From positions 4,588,001-4,652,000 of the forward strand of contig CM035362.1 in NCBI GenBank assembly GCA_020137815.1: a DNA stretch of 64,000 nucleotides, read 5' to 3'. The DNA comes from Hormiphora californensis. Lineage: Eukaryota; Animalia; Ctenophora. The translations under genes were made by a program, and so were the position numbers. Below, piece by piece: positions 40,701 through 55,000 of the stretch; the first letter of the stretch is position 1; each line of letters starts with the position of its first letter. The notes under the pieces were generated by a model. It made no database searches and was not told the origin of the DNA. It saw nothing but the letters and a program-made list of their open reading frames with translations.

Positions 40701-43531
40701 AGCTTCCCTACCTCCCCTTTACTCCATCCCTCAGCTTCCCTACCTCCCATTTACTCCATCTCTCAACTTCCCTACCTCCCATTTACTCCATCTCTCAGCT
40801 ACCCTACCTCCCATTTGATCCATCTCTCAGCTTTCCTACCTCCCATTTACTCCATCTCTCAGCTTCCCTACCTCCCATTTACTCCATCTCTCAGCTTCCC
40901 TACCTCCCATTTACTCCATCTCTCAGGGGTAGGAATGTTAGGATAAATGAGAGATGGAGTAAATGGGAGGTAGGGAAGCTGAGAGATGGAGTAAATGGGA
41001 GGTAGGGAAGCTGAGAGATGGAGTAAATGGGAGGTAGGGAAGGTAAGCGATGGAGTAAATGGGAGGTAGGGAAGCTGAAAGATGGAGTATATGGGAGGTA
41101 GGGAAGCTGAGAGATGGATCAAATGGGAGGTAGGGTAGCTGAGAGATGGAGTAAATGGGAGGTAGGGAAGTTGAGAGATGGAGTAAATGGGAGGTAGGGA
41201 AGCTGAGGGATGGAGTAAAGGGGAGGTAGGGAAGCTGAGAGATGGAGTAAATGGGAGGTAGGGAAGCTGAGAGATGGAGTAAATGGGTGGTAGGGTAGCT
41301 GAGAGATGGAGTGAATGGGAGGTAGGGTAGCTGAGAGATGGAGTAAATGGGAGGCAGGGATGGAGTAAATGGGAGGTAGGGAAGCTGAGGGATGGAGTAA
41401 ATGGGAGGTAGGGAAGCTGAGAGATGGAGTAAATGGGAGGTAGGGAAGCTGAGAGATGGAGTAAATGGGAGGTAGGTAAGCTGAGAGATGGAGTAAATGG
41501 GAGGTAGGGTATCTGAAAGATGGAGTAAATGGCAGGTAGGGAAGCTGAGATATGGAGTAAATGGGAGGTAGGTAAGCTGAGAGATGGAGTAAATGGGAGG
41601 TAGGGAAGCTGAGAGATGGAGTAAATGGGAGGTAGGGTAGCTGAGAGATGGAGTAAATGGGAGGTAGGGTAGCTGAGAGATGGAGTAGATGAGGAGTAGG
41701 GTAGCGGAGAGATGGACTAGATTAGGGGTAGGGTAGCTGAAAGATGGAGTTGATGAGGGCTAGGGAAGCATAGAGATGGAAACGATTATCGATAGGGATT
41801 CCCTACCCCTAATCGTTTCCATCTCTATGCTTCCCTAATAGGGAAGCTGAGAGATGGAGTAGATGAGGAGTAGGGTAGCTGAGAGATGGACTAGATAAGG
41901 GGTAGGGTAGCTGAAAGATGGAGTAGATGAGGGGTAGGGTAGCTGAAAGATGGAGTAGATGAGGGGTAGGGTAGCTGAGAGATCGAGTTGATGAGGGGTA
42001 GGATAGCTGAGAGATGGAGTAGATCAAGATCAAGAAATATTTGATTCGGCACCGACCCTCTCTCTACTCCTCGATGTTTCCCGCCATGTTCTGCAGCTGC
42101 TGTGTGAGAGTTGAACGCGAGCGCGTCAATAACATGACACGACATGCAACACGACATGCAACACGACATGCGAGATGCGAATTTCATTATTTTGAAGTTT
42201 TGTGGGGTTGCGATTTTTGTTTTAGGTCGGAGAGTGAAACGGCCGGTACAGTGGTAAACTAGATTAAAAACTGTACGCCTCGTTAGACGGCGATTTTTCC
42301 TATCTTGTCTGGTTCCTGAGATATGGCCCCCTAAAGAGTTGGTGTCTCAAACTGCTGAATCGGGGTCACGCGAGGAAAATGGGCATCAGTTTGCGTGTAC
42401 TGCTCCGTTTTTCACGGGACTTGAACGAGGGTGATGGCAAGAGTCTCACCTATTACATGGTATCCTTACATTGTGTATTAAATCTAAAATGACTGAGCAG
42501 CATGCTTGTTAATGAACCTTGACGTGTTTGCTTGTCTCGCAAGCGCGCTCGCGACTAGCAAACACGACATGCAGTTCACACCCTGTAATAGTAACCATTG
42601 TAACTAATAGTAACCATGGTAACTAATAGTAACCATGGTAACCATGGTCATCAATCTCCTTCACTGATATTTTGATTTCTTCTGTTTCCTTCTATCTGGC
42701 TGGGAACCGGAACCGTTAGTAACCATGGTAACCATTCAGTAACACCCATTATGTTAGTAACCATGGTAACCATGGTAACACCCATTATATTAGTAACCAT
42801 GGTAACCGTGCAGGATCTTGAACAAAAGTTGTTGCGGGAATGGCTGCGATTCATACACGAAAAGAATACAATGGTCAGGAAGCAGGATCAGCTAAATAGT
42901 TTCACGAAGGAGAAAGACGTGGAGGAGAGGTGTTATACTGTGACACGAAGACTTAGAAAGTTACAGAATATGAGAGGTTCGAACTTGGAATCAGTCATTT
43001 TTTCATTTTTTCGATTAACTTCCGGAGCCCTAATTGCATTGGGAGCTCTTAATTATAACTAAACAATGCTGTAATTAATTCTTTAAATCTTTTCGTTCCT
43101 TTCATGTGTTTGTTTCTCCTCAGATTCAGCCAAATCGGATATAGAGAGGAGAGAGGAAGAAGAATTGGAAGAAGAGTACCAGGATTGGATGAAGAAAAAA
43201 CAAATTCTTCTGAGGTAATTTATTATTTATTAAAAATAATTAAATAATATTTGTACTTTCTGTTGACAGTCATTTGTTAATTTGAGAATTTCCTTCAACA
43301 ATGAGATTTAAAAATATCTCCTTTCCGTGATACACTATCTAAATCACCTTTCTCAATTTCCCTGAGACTCTTCCCATCTCTCATCTCCTCTGCCAAAAAT
43401 GATATATCTCCCACTCTCCCAGGATACGCGATGACATTAACGCGACCTCGATGGAGGAGGAAGCAGGGCTCCAGACAGTCCTAGAGAGACCAAAGTTGCT
43501 GGAGGATCAGTCATCTTGCCGGATATCTTGA
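37765..43531 (+). CDS. EHBP1: Tandem duplicate of the last five EHBP1 exons (bMERB plus CaaX), with reading frame and splice sites intact
   Basis: Exons 37765-37943, 38619-38747, 42814-42976, 43124-43214 and 43423-43531 have the same lengths as 34657-36343. Manual count gives 18 synonymous and 1 non-synonymous (A>T) differences. The downstream sequence is also duplicated, to about 44140. Confidence 0.85.
37977..38456. mobile_element. 480-bp non-autonomous TIR element with poly-G/poly-C ends and 7-bp TSD GTCTAGC; absent from copy 1 of the duplication
   Basis: C(G)nTTCAGGATTAAGTGGTCGGACGTATA ... TATACGTCCGAACCATTTATCCTGAA(C)nG; empty site GGTCTAGCTGGC at about 34891. Confidence 0.8.
38792..42585. 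mobile_element. 3.8-kb foldback-type element: near-perfect palindrome with unique outer arms and inner 32-bp minisatellite arms, 5-bp TSD TAATA, no transposase
   Basis: CAGGGTGTGAACTGCATGTCGTG... at 38792 mirrored by ...CACGACATGCAGTTCACACCCTG at 42585. Mirror ORFs 39190..39486 and 41891..42187 are identical. Strand switch at about 40925-40950. The empty site (GGTAACTAATAGTAACC) is present in copy 1 at about 35282. Confidence 0.93.
39700..41680. repeat. 32-bp minisatellite (CCTCCCATTTACTCCATCTCTCAGCT[A/T]CCCTA)n in two inverted blocks
   Basis: Direct reading; the left block is longer than the right. Confidence 0.93.
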
Positions 43532-44005
43532 ACTAAATATGGGAAACATGTCAGGTAAGAGAATTGGCAGCTGGTAGATCTTGCTATGTTGTGTGCATGG
43601 CTAAACAGTTTATCGAATTCTGTCTGGCGCCGTGGACCCCATCTGAGCGCACTTAGAGTCATATATCGGGGTCTAGCACCGCCAGACAGGTCGAATTATT
43701 ATAGTAAATTCCCTCTAACATCCCTTTCATTCAGGCACGATACTATGCTGCATCAGTTTTGTTGCGATGATGAAGTGTTAGCTGACAGTTGGAGAGATGA
43801 TCATACTGTTCCAGTCGTTACTGCAGCTAGAGAACTATAGTGTCACAGAGACATATGTTTTTAGGATTATAGCTGGGGACTAAAAACTCAAGTTAATTTG
43901 CAAGGTTGACTTGTGAGCGTGTGTTTAGGAATAACTAATCATTTCATATGATGGACAATTTGTTTATTTAGGGGTCACTCTAAGGAAGAAAGTGATCAGT
44001 GATAG

Positions 44006-44133
<128 letters not shown>

Positions 44134-45200
44134 AGAGAGATAGATAATTTATGGGGCTAATCAAACTTTCATAGCGAACTCATGAGATACACAGATTTGG
44201 AAACTGTTTACACTGTGGGTTGTCAGAGCATTGACCTGCCAGGTAACCGCCAACCGGCCCCTGATTCCAAGGGTAGACTCTTGGGTAAATTCATCTGCCT
44301 TGAGCACAAACAAATTATATTGTTCTTCAACGTCATATGTGATAAACCAGGCCCCGGTGTGATTTATTGATAAATTCTCCGGAAAGTCTTCGGTCTTCCC
44401 TTGGAAGTGGGGGAAGGTCTTTACACGCCCTGTAATTGTATACACCTTAATTCTGTTATTTTCTTTCGAATGCGATATCCAATGAAATTGGCGCTTTACT
44501 TTTAATGTAATAATTAGCAGCTACTTAAACTAATCCGAAGCTGTTTGGACAGCGGTTGGCCTGTCTGAAAAAGACACGAAAACGGCCATCTTGGAAATGA
44601 AATTTGAATTCGAAAACGTCGTCACGATTTTATAATGCGCGCGCGGCCCTTCTGAAATGCGCGTTTGTAAATATAATAGCGCGCTCGGATTTTTGTAGCG
44701 CTGACAAGAGTGTCCAAACGAGAAAGAGCAAAACCTGGGTTTTGCGATTATTTTCCATGGTCAAAGTTCCGTCCCCACGGTCAAAGTTCCACCCCTGGTA
44801 AGAGAGACCTTGGACGAATAACTCGAGCCGCCACTGTCTGGCGCCGCGACCCATCTGAGCGCACTGTCGCTGAGAATCAAATGGGGTATGGCGCCGCCAT
44901 ACAGAGCCGACATGATCTTCAAGTTCAAATTTAGGCCGGCCTTTTCAGTTTGGCTTTTACCGATGACCGATATAAAACTTAAGAACTCAAACTTCAGTAA
45001 CAGGTTAACTAGAAAACTCTTACTTTCAATTAAACTTAGTAAATTCAAATTGTTACACAACAAGTTAGTTCCTTGCTTCACATTCACAACTCAATACTAT
45101 ACTATTAGTATTATAATTATGTACTCATAATACTTACAAGAACATCCACGCCCTAAAATTAAAAAGATTTCTATACGATATAGATCCATACTTAAATATA

Positions 45201-45253
45201 TTTGTTGAGTAAGGGGGAAGAGTGTCTCACACTCTTCCCCCTTACTCAACAAA
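45201..45253. repeat. Perfect 25-bp-stem, 3-nt-loop hairpin
   Basis: TTTGTTGAGTAAGGGGGAAGAGTGT-CTC-ACACTCTTCCCCCTTACTCAACAAA. Confidence 0.9.
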
Positions 45254-46033
45254 AATATATACTATCGGCATATATAAAGAAACAATTTAATGTCAAAAGA
45301 ATAGACATGACAGTGACATACTGGGTATAAGGGGAGTATAAATCACGACGAAGACCAGACCACTATAATAATATTGTAAATATAGGGTACCTAAAAAATC
45401 AACCAACCAACCACCCATCTCCAAAGCTGAGTATCTCTAAATATTGGCTCCATTGCAACCTATTCTCGCTCCGCGAAGAATAGGCTCCCGGCCTGTGGAC
45501 AGCAAGAACTCACGTGCGCGCGATGTAAAGCACGTTTTCAGCAGTGGGACTATCAAATCGCGCGCGATATACTGTTTTAGCAGGCATTTTTAGCCGACAT
45601 AGCACTACCAAAACCCCAATTATCGCCTCAATTGGCACTTTGATGTATCGGCGGGTATTTTCCCATACTCACAAGGCCATGACGATTCACCCAGTACCCG
45701 CAGATTGTCCCAGGACCGAGTAGGAGCTTGCAGCCAGGTCTTTAAAGAATTGCTCATGTTTAGCGTCAATTTTGACCCACTATTCCTCAAATGCTGATAT
45801 TCGCGGGTATTTTCCGTAAAACTAGAGACAATTATCTGCCAGGAGCAACAAACGAGATGCAAATCGGTTCAGTAGTTCCTTGCAGCCAGGTCTTTGAAAA
45901 AGTTTGCTCTAAAATCAATAACGCGCCGGAGGCCTAGATGTGAGATCGATCTCGGTCGCTGCGCGACCTCGATCTCACTCAGGCATCAATGTGGCCAACT
46001 CTAAATATAAGCAATCCTAATTATCACAACACT

Positions 46034-49000
46034 TCAGCTAACTGTAGTCTTCACAAGACAGTCCTGTCTATATTTCCAGGCACCCGTATCATAACTCTCC
46101 CTCACATCACGGAGCAGAATATTCCGACGGTTTTCACAGTACTTTGATCGGTGGACCACGGCCGATTTTAGGTCGGCTAGATCAGCCAGGGTTAATAGGG
46201 GCTTTCGTGTATCGAGCAAACCTGAAAATGTGTATCACACTTTAAGTAACCTAGAACATATGCGTAGTTGGGGGGGGGCATAGTTTGCTCTTGTTTAGTT
46301 ATCCAGCTCACTCAACAAGTGTGTTTCATACTCCAGATAAGACTACTAGACTGCCTTCGTGACCTATATCATGTGATGTCACGGGGGGTGCGACATGTTA
46401 ATTTTGTTAACTTTGTTAATATTAACATCGCGAAAATAGGTGATTTATTAACAAGATTAACAAAACGTTAACAAACGTTAACAAATGCCATTTATGCTAT
46501 CTAAATCACCTTTAGCGCGTGTTTTTGGTATTAAACAATTGTTCTGCGAGCAAAGTTGTTCCTTCTGCACGATTTGCACACCCCTACTACCTCTACTACG
46601 GCTTTTCTACAGCGATTTGGTTCATTATGTAAATTTTAATAAAAACTAGCAAAACTAAACCGCAATTGAAGTCAATTGACCCTATAGGGTCCTAATCCAC
46701 ATTTTTCAACCCTAAAAACTAAATAAGACTCATGATTTTACCTTGAAACAAAAAATATCCCAAAAATCAATTTTCTAAAAAAACACAAGGATTTGTAGCG
46801 AAGCAAATTTTCAATCTTTGACCAAAAAATTGATTTTGGAAATATTTTCTTTCTTTTTCCAACAGAAACGTTGTGCATCATCTTCTTTCGTCCAAAGAAT
46901 CGATTATCAATGAAAAATTACGTTAAAGTGAGATTTTGTACGCTAAATTGAAATCATTGTGACTTTTGGATTTTTATCGATTTTGAGCCAAAAAACATGT
47001 ATGCCGGACTTTGGTTATCGGAAGAGGCCTTGTTTGGGTATATTTGTGTTAGATAAGTCATTAAACTATAAAATTAAACCAGTTAAAGAAGTACTCTCAA
47101 CCAATAAGAACAGTCTTTTAGCATTTGTTAACTTTGTTAATTTTGTTAATTAACGTTAATTAACAAAATCGAAAAAAGAGGTGATTTATTAACAATTAAC
47201 ATGTCGTCCCCCCCGATGTCACGTGAAATGGATAAGCTTTTACCCCTAGTTACCACTCTTAGTTACCCCTAGTTACCAATTACCACCCTAGTTACCACCC
47301 CCAGTTACCCGTAGTTACCAATATATTGGTAACTACGGGTAACTGGGGGTGCAATAACTCTCACCTGACAGCAGTTCTGTGTTGTGTTCCAAATCTCCCT
47401 AGTTACCACCCCTAGTTACCAATAACCAGTTAACCATCCCTAGTTACCAATAACTCTCACCTGACAGCAGTTCGGTGTTGTGTTCCAACTCTCCCTAGTT
47501 ACCACCCTAGTTCCCACCCCAGTTACCACCCCTAGTTACCAATAACCACCCCAGTTACCCCTAGTTACCAATAACTCTCACCTGACAGTAGTTCGGTGTT
47601 GTGTTCCAAATCCCGCTGATTCTCCTCGAAAATCTCAGTCTGGGGCGTCCTCACGACGTAGTAGGCAAACACGTAGGAAAATTTAAGCATCAGCCTGCAC
47701 TCCGACTGAAATATCAAGTTAATATTAACTGGAATCAGGAAAGAAGTCACTAAAACATAATCTCAGTGATAAATAGGTCTTTTGAGGTCTGTCGCCATTT
47801 ATCACCATGACTACCACCCCATTTGTCACCATGACTACCACCCCATTTGTCACCATGACTACCACCCCATTTATCACCATGACTACCACCCCATTTATCA
47901 CCATGACTACCACCCCATTTATCAACATGACTACCACCCCATTTGTCACCATGACTACCACCCCATTTATCACCATGAATACTACACCATTTATCACCAT
48001 GACTACCACCCCATTTATCACCATGACTACCACCCCATTTATCACCATGACTACCACCCCATTTATCACCATGACTACCACCCCATTTGTCACCATGACT
48101 ACCACCCCATTTGTCACCATGACTACCACCCCATTTGTCACCATGACTACCACCCCATTTGTCACCATGACTACCGCCCCATTTGTCACCATGACTACCA
48201 CCCCATTTGTCACCATGACTACCACCCCATTTATCACCATGACTACCACCCCATTTGTCACCATGACTACCACCCCATTTATCACCATGACTACCATGAC
48301 TCACCAGAACAGTGAAGGCCTCGGTAAGGAACTGTGCCTCTATCCAGGGAACATTTAGACGCTGCTGGAGGTCCTCGGACTTGTCAAGGAGGTATGATCT
48401 TAAAACACGGTACTCGATCTTCAGACTAGTCTGGTGGGTCAGATACCTGCAGAGAGATGGTGGGTCCGGTATCTAGTGGGGCAGAGAGATGGTGGGTCCG
48501 GTATCTAGTGGGGCAGAGAGATGGTGGGTCCGGTATCTAGTGGGGCAGAGAGATGGTGGGTCCGGTATCTAGTGGGGCAGAGAGATGGTGGGTCAGGTAT
48601 CTAGTGGGACAGAGAGATGGTGGGTCAGGTATCTAGTGGGGCAGAAAGATGGTGGGGCAGGTATCTAGTGGGACAGAGAGATGGTGGCCGGTGGGTCAGG
48701 TATCTAGTGGGTCAGATACCTGCAGAGAGATGGTGGGTCAGGTATCTAGTGGGGCAGAGAGATGGTGGGTCAGGTATCTGGTGGGTCAGGTATCTAGTGG
48801 GGCAGATACCTGCAGAGAAACATGTCACATTGTGTTCAGTATGTTCTAGGGCCAGGGGTTGTTAGAGAAGAGATTAGAGAGAAACATGCAAGGTAAAAAA
48901 GGGGACCAATAATTATAGAAACTCCGTTGCCTTGCAGCTTGCTGGATCTCTCTCTCACTGTCAGGCCAATGCTCTCACAGCTCTCTCACCTATCGTAGTA

Positions 49001-52000
49001 GTGATGATATCGCTCCAGGTCCTCTCTGTGTTTCGTGATCCTCCTCTCTTCCTTTCTGTTTTCATCAGACTCTTTGTATCGGTTACACTTGTAGTACTCT
49101 GACCCGTGGGGTTTCCACTCTCCTGTTAATTGGTTGCTGGTTAATTAATTGAGAGATGTGTGTAATATTAATTAATCTTTGTATATTCTGGGTAGTATTG
49201 TTGCTTAAAGTGAGAGAGAACAGCCCTGATTTTGATGAAACTCAGTAAGTGGGGGGGGGCCCGCGTATTAAAATGTCCTTTAATGTCCCTCGATTTTTGG
49301 GACATTAAATTGTCCGTTATTATTTAGGACATTAAAAGACATTAAAGGACATTATAAGACATTAAAAGACATTAAATTATAACTTCCAAAAACCATTCCA
49401 AAATGTGTTACCAAACATGTTTACCACCAATGTACTACTAAAGGTCCCATCTTTCGATTCCAATGAATGTCATAAATGTTCACCGGTGATTAGGCTTGCT
49501 TTTGCGTGGGGTGTGGGTGCGGTACCTTTTTTACATACATGCATATTTCTAGCCTAGACGATATCTCAAAATCATCTTATGAAACGAGTAGAAAAGACAC
49601 CGAAGGCTTTAGAGTGAGAGAGAACAGCCCCGATTTTGATGAAACTTGGTCAGAATAGTGTTTGGTGTCAAAAAAAATTTAGTGCTCAGCTCCTAAATTT
49701 ACGATTTTTAGGTTTTTTAGGTTTTTTTTGGTTTTTATGGGTTTCAGGAACGTCCTAGAACAAAATGAATAGAACCATTTTTCTCAGCGTGAAATTCTGT
49801 ATCGATTTTAGTGGCTATAAACCTTTCTATGACGTAGAGTTATCCCAAACGGGTACATGTTATAGGGGCGGGTACATGTTTTAGGCTAACGGGCGAACCT
49901 CTTGTCAGAACACCATGTTATAGGTACTCAATCGACGTGTATTGGTGAGGAAATCATTTTAGTGAAAACCATTTTGATCTGCGATGTCTGTGTAACGAAT
50001 AAAACCTAAAAAACCTTACCACATGAAGCATACCCGTTTGGTTTTTGGGATAACTACGTCATAGAAAGGTTTATAGCCACTATGATCGATGCAGAATTTC
50101 ACGCCGAGAAAGATGATTCTATTTATTTTGTTCTAGGACGTTCCTGAAACCCATAAAAGCCAAAAAACCTAAAAAAACCTAAATTAAGGATTTGAGCACT
50201 CAAAAATTTTTTGACTTCTAATTAGACATCAAAGACCATTCTGACTGAGTTTCATCAAAATCGGGGCTATTTTCACTTTAAAACCTTGACATTTAGTCCA
50301 AAACTTCAAAATTTCCGGGGTTCGCTTAGAGGTACAGGGCCACCCTAAAATGAGGCTTAATCACCCCCAACATCTATGGTATTGGTTGGAATCGATAGAG
50401 GGGACATTAGAAGTAAATATTAAGTGGTCGAAAACACCATTTTAGTTTAATAATAGCTGAAAATTCATATTTTAATTAAATGTCCTTTAATGTCTTTTAA
50501 TGTCTTTTAATGTCCTTTAATGTCCCAGGGACATTAAAGTCAGACGTGTTTATTTAGGACATGGATATTAAATTCACGCGGGCCCCCCCCCCAGTAAGTA
50601 CATGGGAGCTGCAATACAAAAGACTCTTTGTATCTCACTCTGTAAACATACCTCGACAAATCCAGCAGAATTCGTATCGGCAGGTAAAACAGGTCACGTG
50701 ATTACACCCACTGGTCTTCTGGATACTGTTGGAACAGTTCGGGCATTCCTTCGTGTTAACTACTAACCTATATCAAGGGGGGGGGGTAATTAACAACCAG
50801 CCTATTTCAGGGGGTTCATTAACTACTAGCCTATAAAAAGTTGAATTGTTCATACCTTCTTTTTTCAAGCGACTCAAATAAAAAGAGAGCTATTTATAAC
50901 TGGGGAATGTACAATTACTAGGGAAACTTCATGGGGTATAATGAGGGGTAATCACCAAAGGAACAAGAAAATATGAGTGAGGAAATTATAATTAATAATC
51001 AATTTGTGTTGGCTACCATGAACCTAATGATAATACGGGTCTAACAAGATTGTGGGTTCTAAAATCTCACCATTTGGTGGTCTCACTATAATTGGGGGTT
51101 CTAAAATCTCACCATTTCGTGGTCTCACTCTAATTGGGGGTTCTAAAATCTCACCATTTGGTGGTCTCACTCTCGTCCTGGGCCTTCTCCAGCCACTTTT
51201 GCAGCACATAACAGTCCCTCAGGGGCTTGTGGTCCAGTCTTCCACACTCAAAACACCACTGAAATCATAATTAAATAATTATCAGTAGGATTGTAGATAG
51301 TCAATAATTAAAGAAAACAACGATTTAGCAGGACTAAAAAGCAGAAGCTTTAGTCTGAACTATTCCAGGCTGCATCAACCCCGACCTCGCCCGTTACCCT
51401 TGTTACCCGGTTACCCTCCTGTTCATCGTTACCCTAGTTACCCTGGTTACCTTGGTGCCACATGTGCATTCTATATTCCTAACAAGACTACTTGACACCC
51501 TGGCCGCATTGCCACAATCGGTCCCCGGACACCATCGTAACATAGGGTGTGCAGTTACATAGCCAGTTGTAATTAGTTGTTGATATCGGTTACGTAGCTG
51601 GGTCGTCTTTATTTTATTCCTGGGAAAGATAATTGTTTTACAGCAACAAACAAGCAAACTCATACAGTAGAAACCCGATTTACCGGGATGCTCGGGCCTC
51701 GAGGACGAGTGTTTGGCCCGGTAAATCGAGGTCCGACTGTATAAGTATACATTATTTCTTGTGAATGTGTTCAGTATCCAGTAACACAGTGTGTGTGTGT
51801 TGTTCATGACATGTGTGAAAACTGGGTTAACAATAGAATTCTCCACCAGTCTATAAAAAGTGCGTCTGTGTGGTATGGCTCGCGCGAGGGTCATTACCCC
51901 CAACACCCCGCGCGCTACGTCAATGCACAGTTAGAAGCTATTGTTGTATTCGAATTATAATAGCTCTATTTTGCAGAAAATACAGACCTGTTATTTTCAC

Positions 52001-55000
52001 AGTTAGTTAGAGGGAGCCGAGAGGTATTATGGGTTGGAAAAGACAAATCAAGAGAAGAAAAAATCTTCGGGCGCCGTTACGATCTGGGTGTTTGGAGGCC
52101 TGTTTACAGGTGTGCGCTGCCAAAAAAGTTGATTCACTAAAATGGCTCTAACCGCCAAACCACTCAACCGTTTTATTATGGGACGTTTTATTATGGGACT
52201 ATTATTGCAAATTGACAGGAATGTTAAAAATATTTTAAAAATAGAAATAACTTACATGATAAAGCCGTCGCCGAGAACCGTATCACATGACATACACTGA
52301 ATGTTCTGAAAAAGAGTTTGTTATGTTCTAGCAATACAAGGTAAAACAAAGTTTGAAATTAAAGCGAACTCTCACATGAAACTAAATATTTAATTTAAAA
52401 CAACTCTGTTATTTTGCCGTGAATAAGTCTCTGAACTGTACATAAAATAAGTACAGTCGGACCCCGATTTAGTGGCATCCTAGGGGGGAAAAAATCCTGC
52501 CACTAAATCGGGGTGCCACTAAATCGGGTTGAGCCATATTTGGCCCATAAAAACCTATTTTATTCCCAAAATGCTTTACTAAGGCTAAAGACACCTCTAA
52601 CTGTTATATGCAATATTCATGTATTGATGACATGATCGTTTCTGATTAGAAAAAGAAAACTATAAAATAATTTTCAAAAAAATGTGAAAATTTCCAGCCC
52701 GTCCGATTTGTGTTTCGAATCGGTGCAGCTTACTGGATGTCATGTCGCTAATTAGCGGGTTCGAAACGAACCGATACGTGATACCATGCCGAATCGGGGC
52801 ACCCTAAGCGGGTGAGGAAGTATCAAAATTTCAAAATAACTTTTTCTCTGGGGCGAGACACACTGAAGTTGGGCGCTCTCGTTCAAATTTCAACCTCGCG
52901 ACACACACTGAAGTTCGAAGTTCGAAGTTTTGCGAAACCCCATTTTCGGCTGAGAAATCATTTGTAAGAGGCTAACTTATTTACTGGTACATCTCTCGAG
53001 GTGTCCTTTATCCATACTGAGTCAATTTCACCGTTTTTGAAATTTTTGGCTAATCCGGTCACAGTTGTCCCAATTCACCAACAATTTTAAAAACGGTGAA
53101 ATTGACCCGGTATTGATAAAAGACACCTCGAGAGATGTACCAGTAAATAAATTAGCATCTTACAAATAATTTCTCAGCCGAAAATGGGTTTTCGCGAAAC
53201 TTTGAACTTTTCCGCGAAACTTCGAACTTCGAACTTCAGTGTGTGTCGCGAGGTTGAGAGTTGAACGCGCGCGACCAACTTCAGTGTGTCTCCCCCCTCT
53301 CAAAATTTATGGGGAGCACCGATCAAAGCATTGACAATCGTATTGTAAAATTTTGCAAAAAAAAGTTTCAAATTTTTTTAAAGGTATACGAGCCACTTCC
53401 GAATCGTGTTTCGAATCGGTGCATCTTATCGCATGTCCTGCTGCTAATTATACGGTTCGTAACGAACCGATACGTGATCCCCATTGGGCCATTGAATCAC
53501 AAGTTTACCAAGCGTCAAAATTTCGATTTGATGGGGATCACGTTTCGGTTCGTTCCGAACCGTCTAATTAGCACTGCTAATAGCAGCAGGACATGCGATA
53601 AGATGCACCGATTCGAAACATGATTCGGAAGTGGCGGGTACTCCTTTGAAAAAAATTCAAAAAAATTTCAAAAAAAAAATTCAAAAAAATTTTTGGGGGA
53701 AAAAATCCTGCCACTAAATCGGGGTGCCACTAAATCGGGGGCCACTAAATCGGGGTCCGACTGTATTAATCGAGGGTCAACTGCAGTGTGTCCCACTGTC
53801 TTCGATGAGGCATGCCCCAAAATCACAGGTCACGCAAAGACAGTGGGACACCCTTTTCATAACATAATAAACTCACATCGGCAGTCCCATAATCCATTAC
53901 TTTAGTTTTAATGTAAAGGGTCCAACAAGAGTCACAGTAATAGTGGGGACAGTGGTTATTACACACCAGATCCTGGAGAGAGAGAGAGAGAGAGAGGGGT
54001 AAAGTTGAATGAGATCCGAGATTTGTCATCTGGGTTTGAAATTTATAGCAGAGTAATGTTTGATATTGTCCAAGTTGATCCTTCAAGTTATTCGAAACAA
54101 ACAAACATGATGTATGTGTATGCAAAATGTATATACACATCATGTGTACATGAACATCATGCACTTACCAAGTTTTCAATACCACACACACCACAGTCGC
54201 CCCTAACAACGGATTCCCCACCCCTAGCAACAGACTCCCCATGATCACGGTCCCTAACAACAGATTCCCCACCCCTAGCAACATCCCTTCCACTTGACGC
54301 TGTGAGGGAGTTGGATGTAGAGATACCGGCACTTTGTAACAATAACTCAGGTTCACAGTCTTTCTCGTAGTATCTGAGGGGGAGTAACAATTTGAAGAGA
54401 GGGGGCTGGGGAGTAACAATTTGAAAGAGAGGGGGCTGGGGAGTAACAATTTGAAAGAGAGGGGACTTGAGAGCTTTCTGAAAAGAGGGGGAATAACTAG
54501 TATCTGGGGGAGTTCTTTTGATTGTGTAAGAGTCTAGACAAGGGGTGGTCAATTGCATTCTGCAGATGTAAAGATGACAGGTATTAAATTGGCCCCGGGG
54601 CGCTTGCCAGTTCTGTGATTTGGGAGTTTTCTGAAAACTGGTGTCTGGGGGGAGTTCTTTTGAGTTCTGTGATAATAAATTTTGTTTCGTAACATCACGC
54701 CTTACCTCTCAATCAACAGCTGAGAATCCCACCGAAAAAAGAGGAGTAACTTCTTAACCTCGACACCTCTGATACCCAATATCTCCCTCACTCTACCTGT
54801 AAGGATATATTTTTTACAAAGTTGATAGCCGACTATAACCATCCACAACCCAACATTTGTATCACCATTTATAATGAGCACCTACCGATTTCTCTATCCA
54901 TCTCCTTTAGAATCTCAGCAGCGGGAACTACCTTGTATCCTCTTCCATCCTGAAACAAAAGGAACTTGTGACGTCATGAAATACAAGGACAATTACAAAT

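Noticed and set aside
39983-41122. 340-aa ORF inside the foldback element as a possible transposase
   Set aside because: A pure translation of the 32-bp repeat with no catalytic motifs.
47725-48358. His-rich (HHDYHPIY) and GGSHGDKW repeat ORFs as metal-binding proteins
   Set aside because: A 21-bp unit lacking stops in four frames, lying inside an Ariadne intron.
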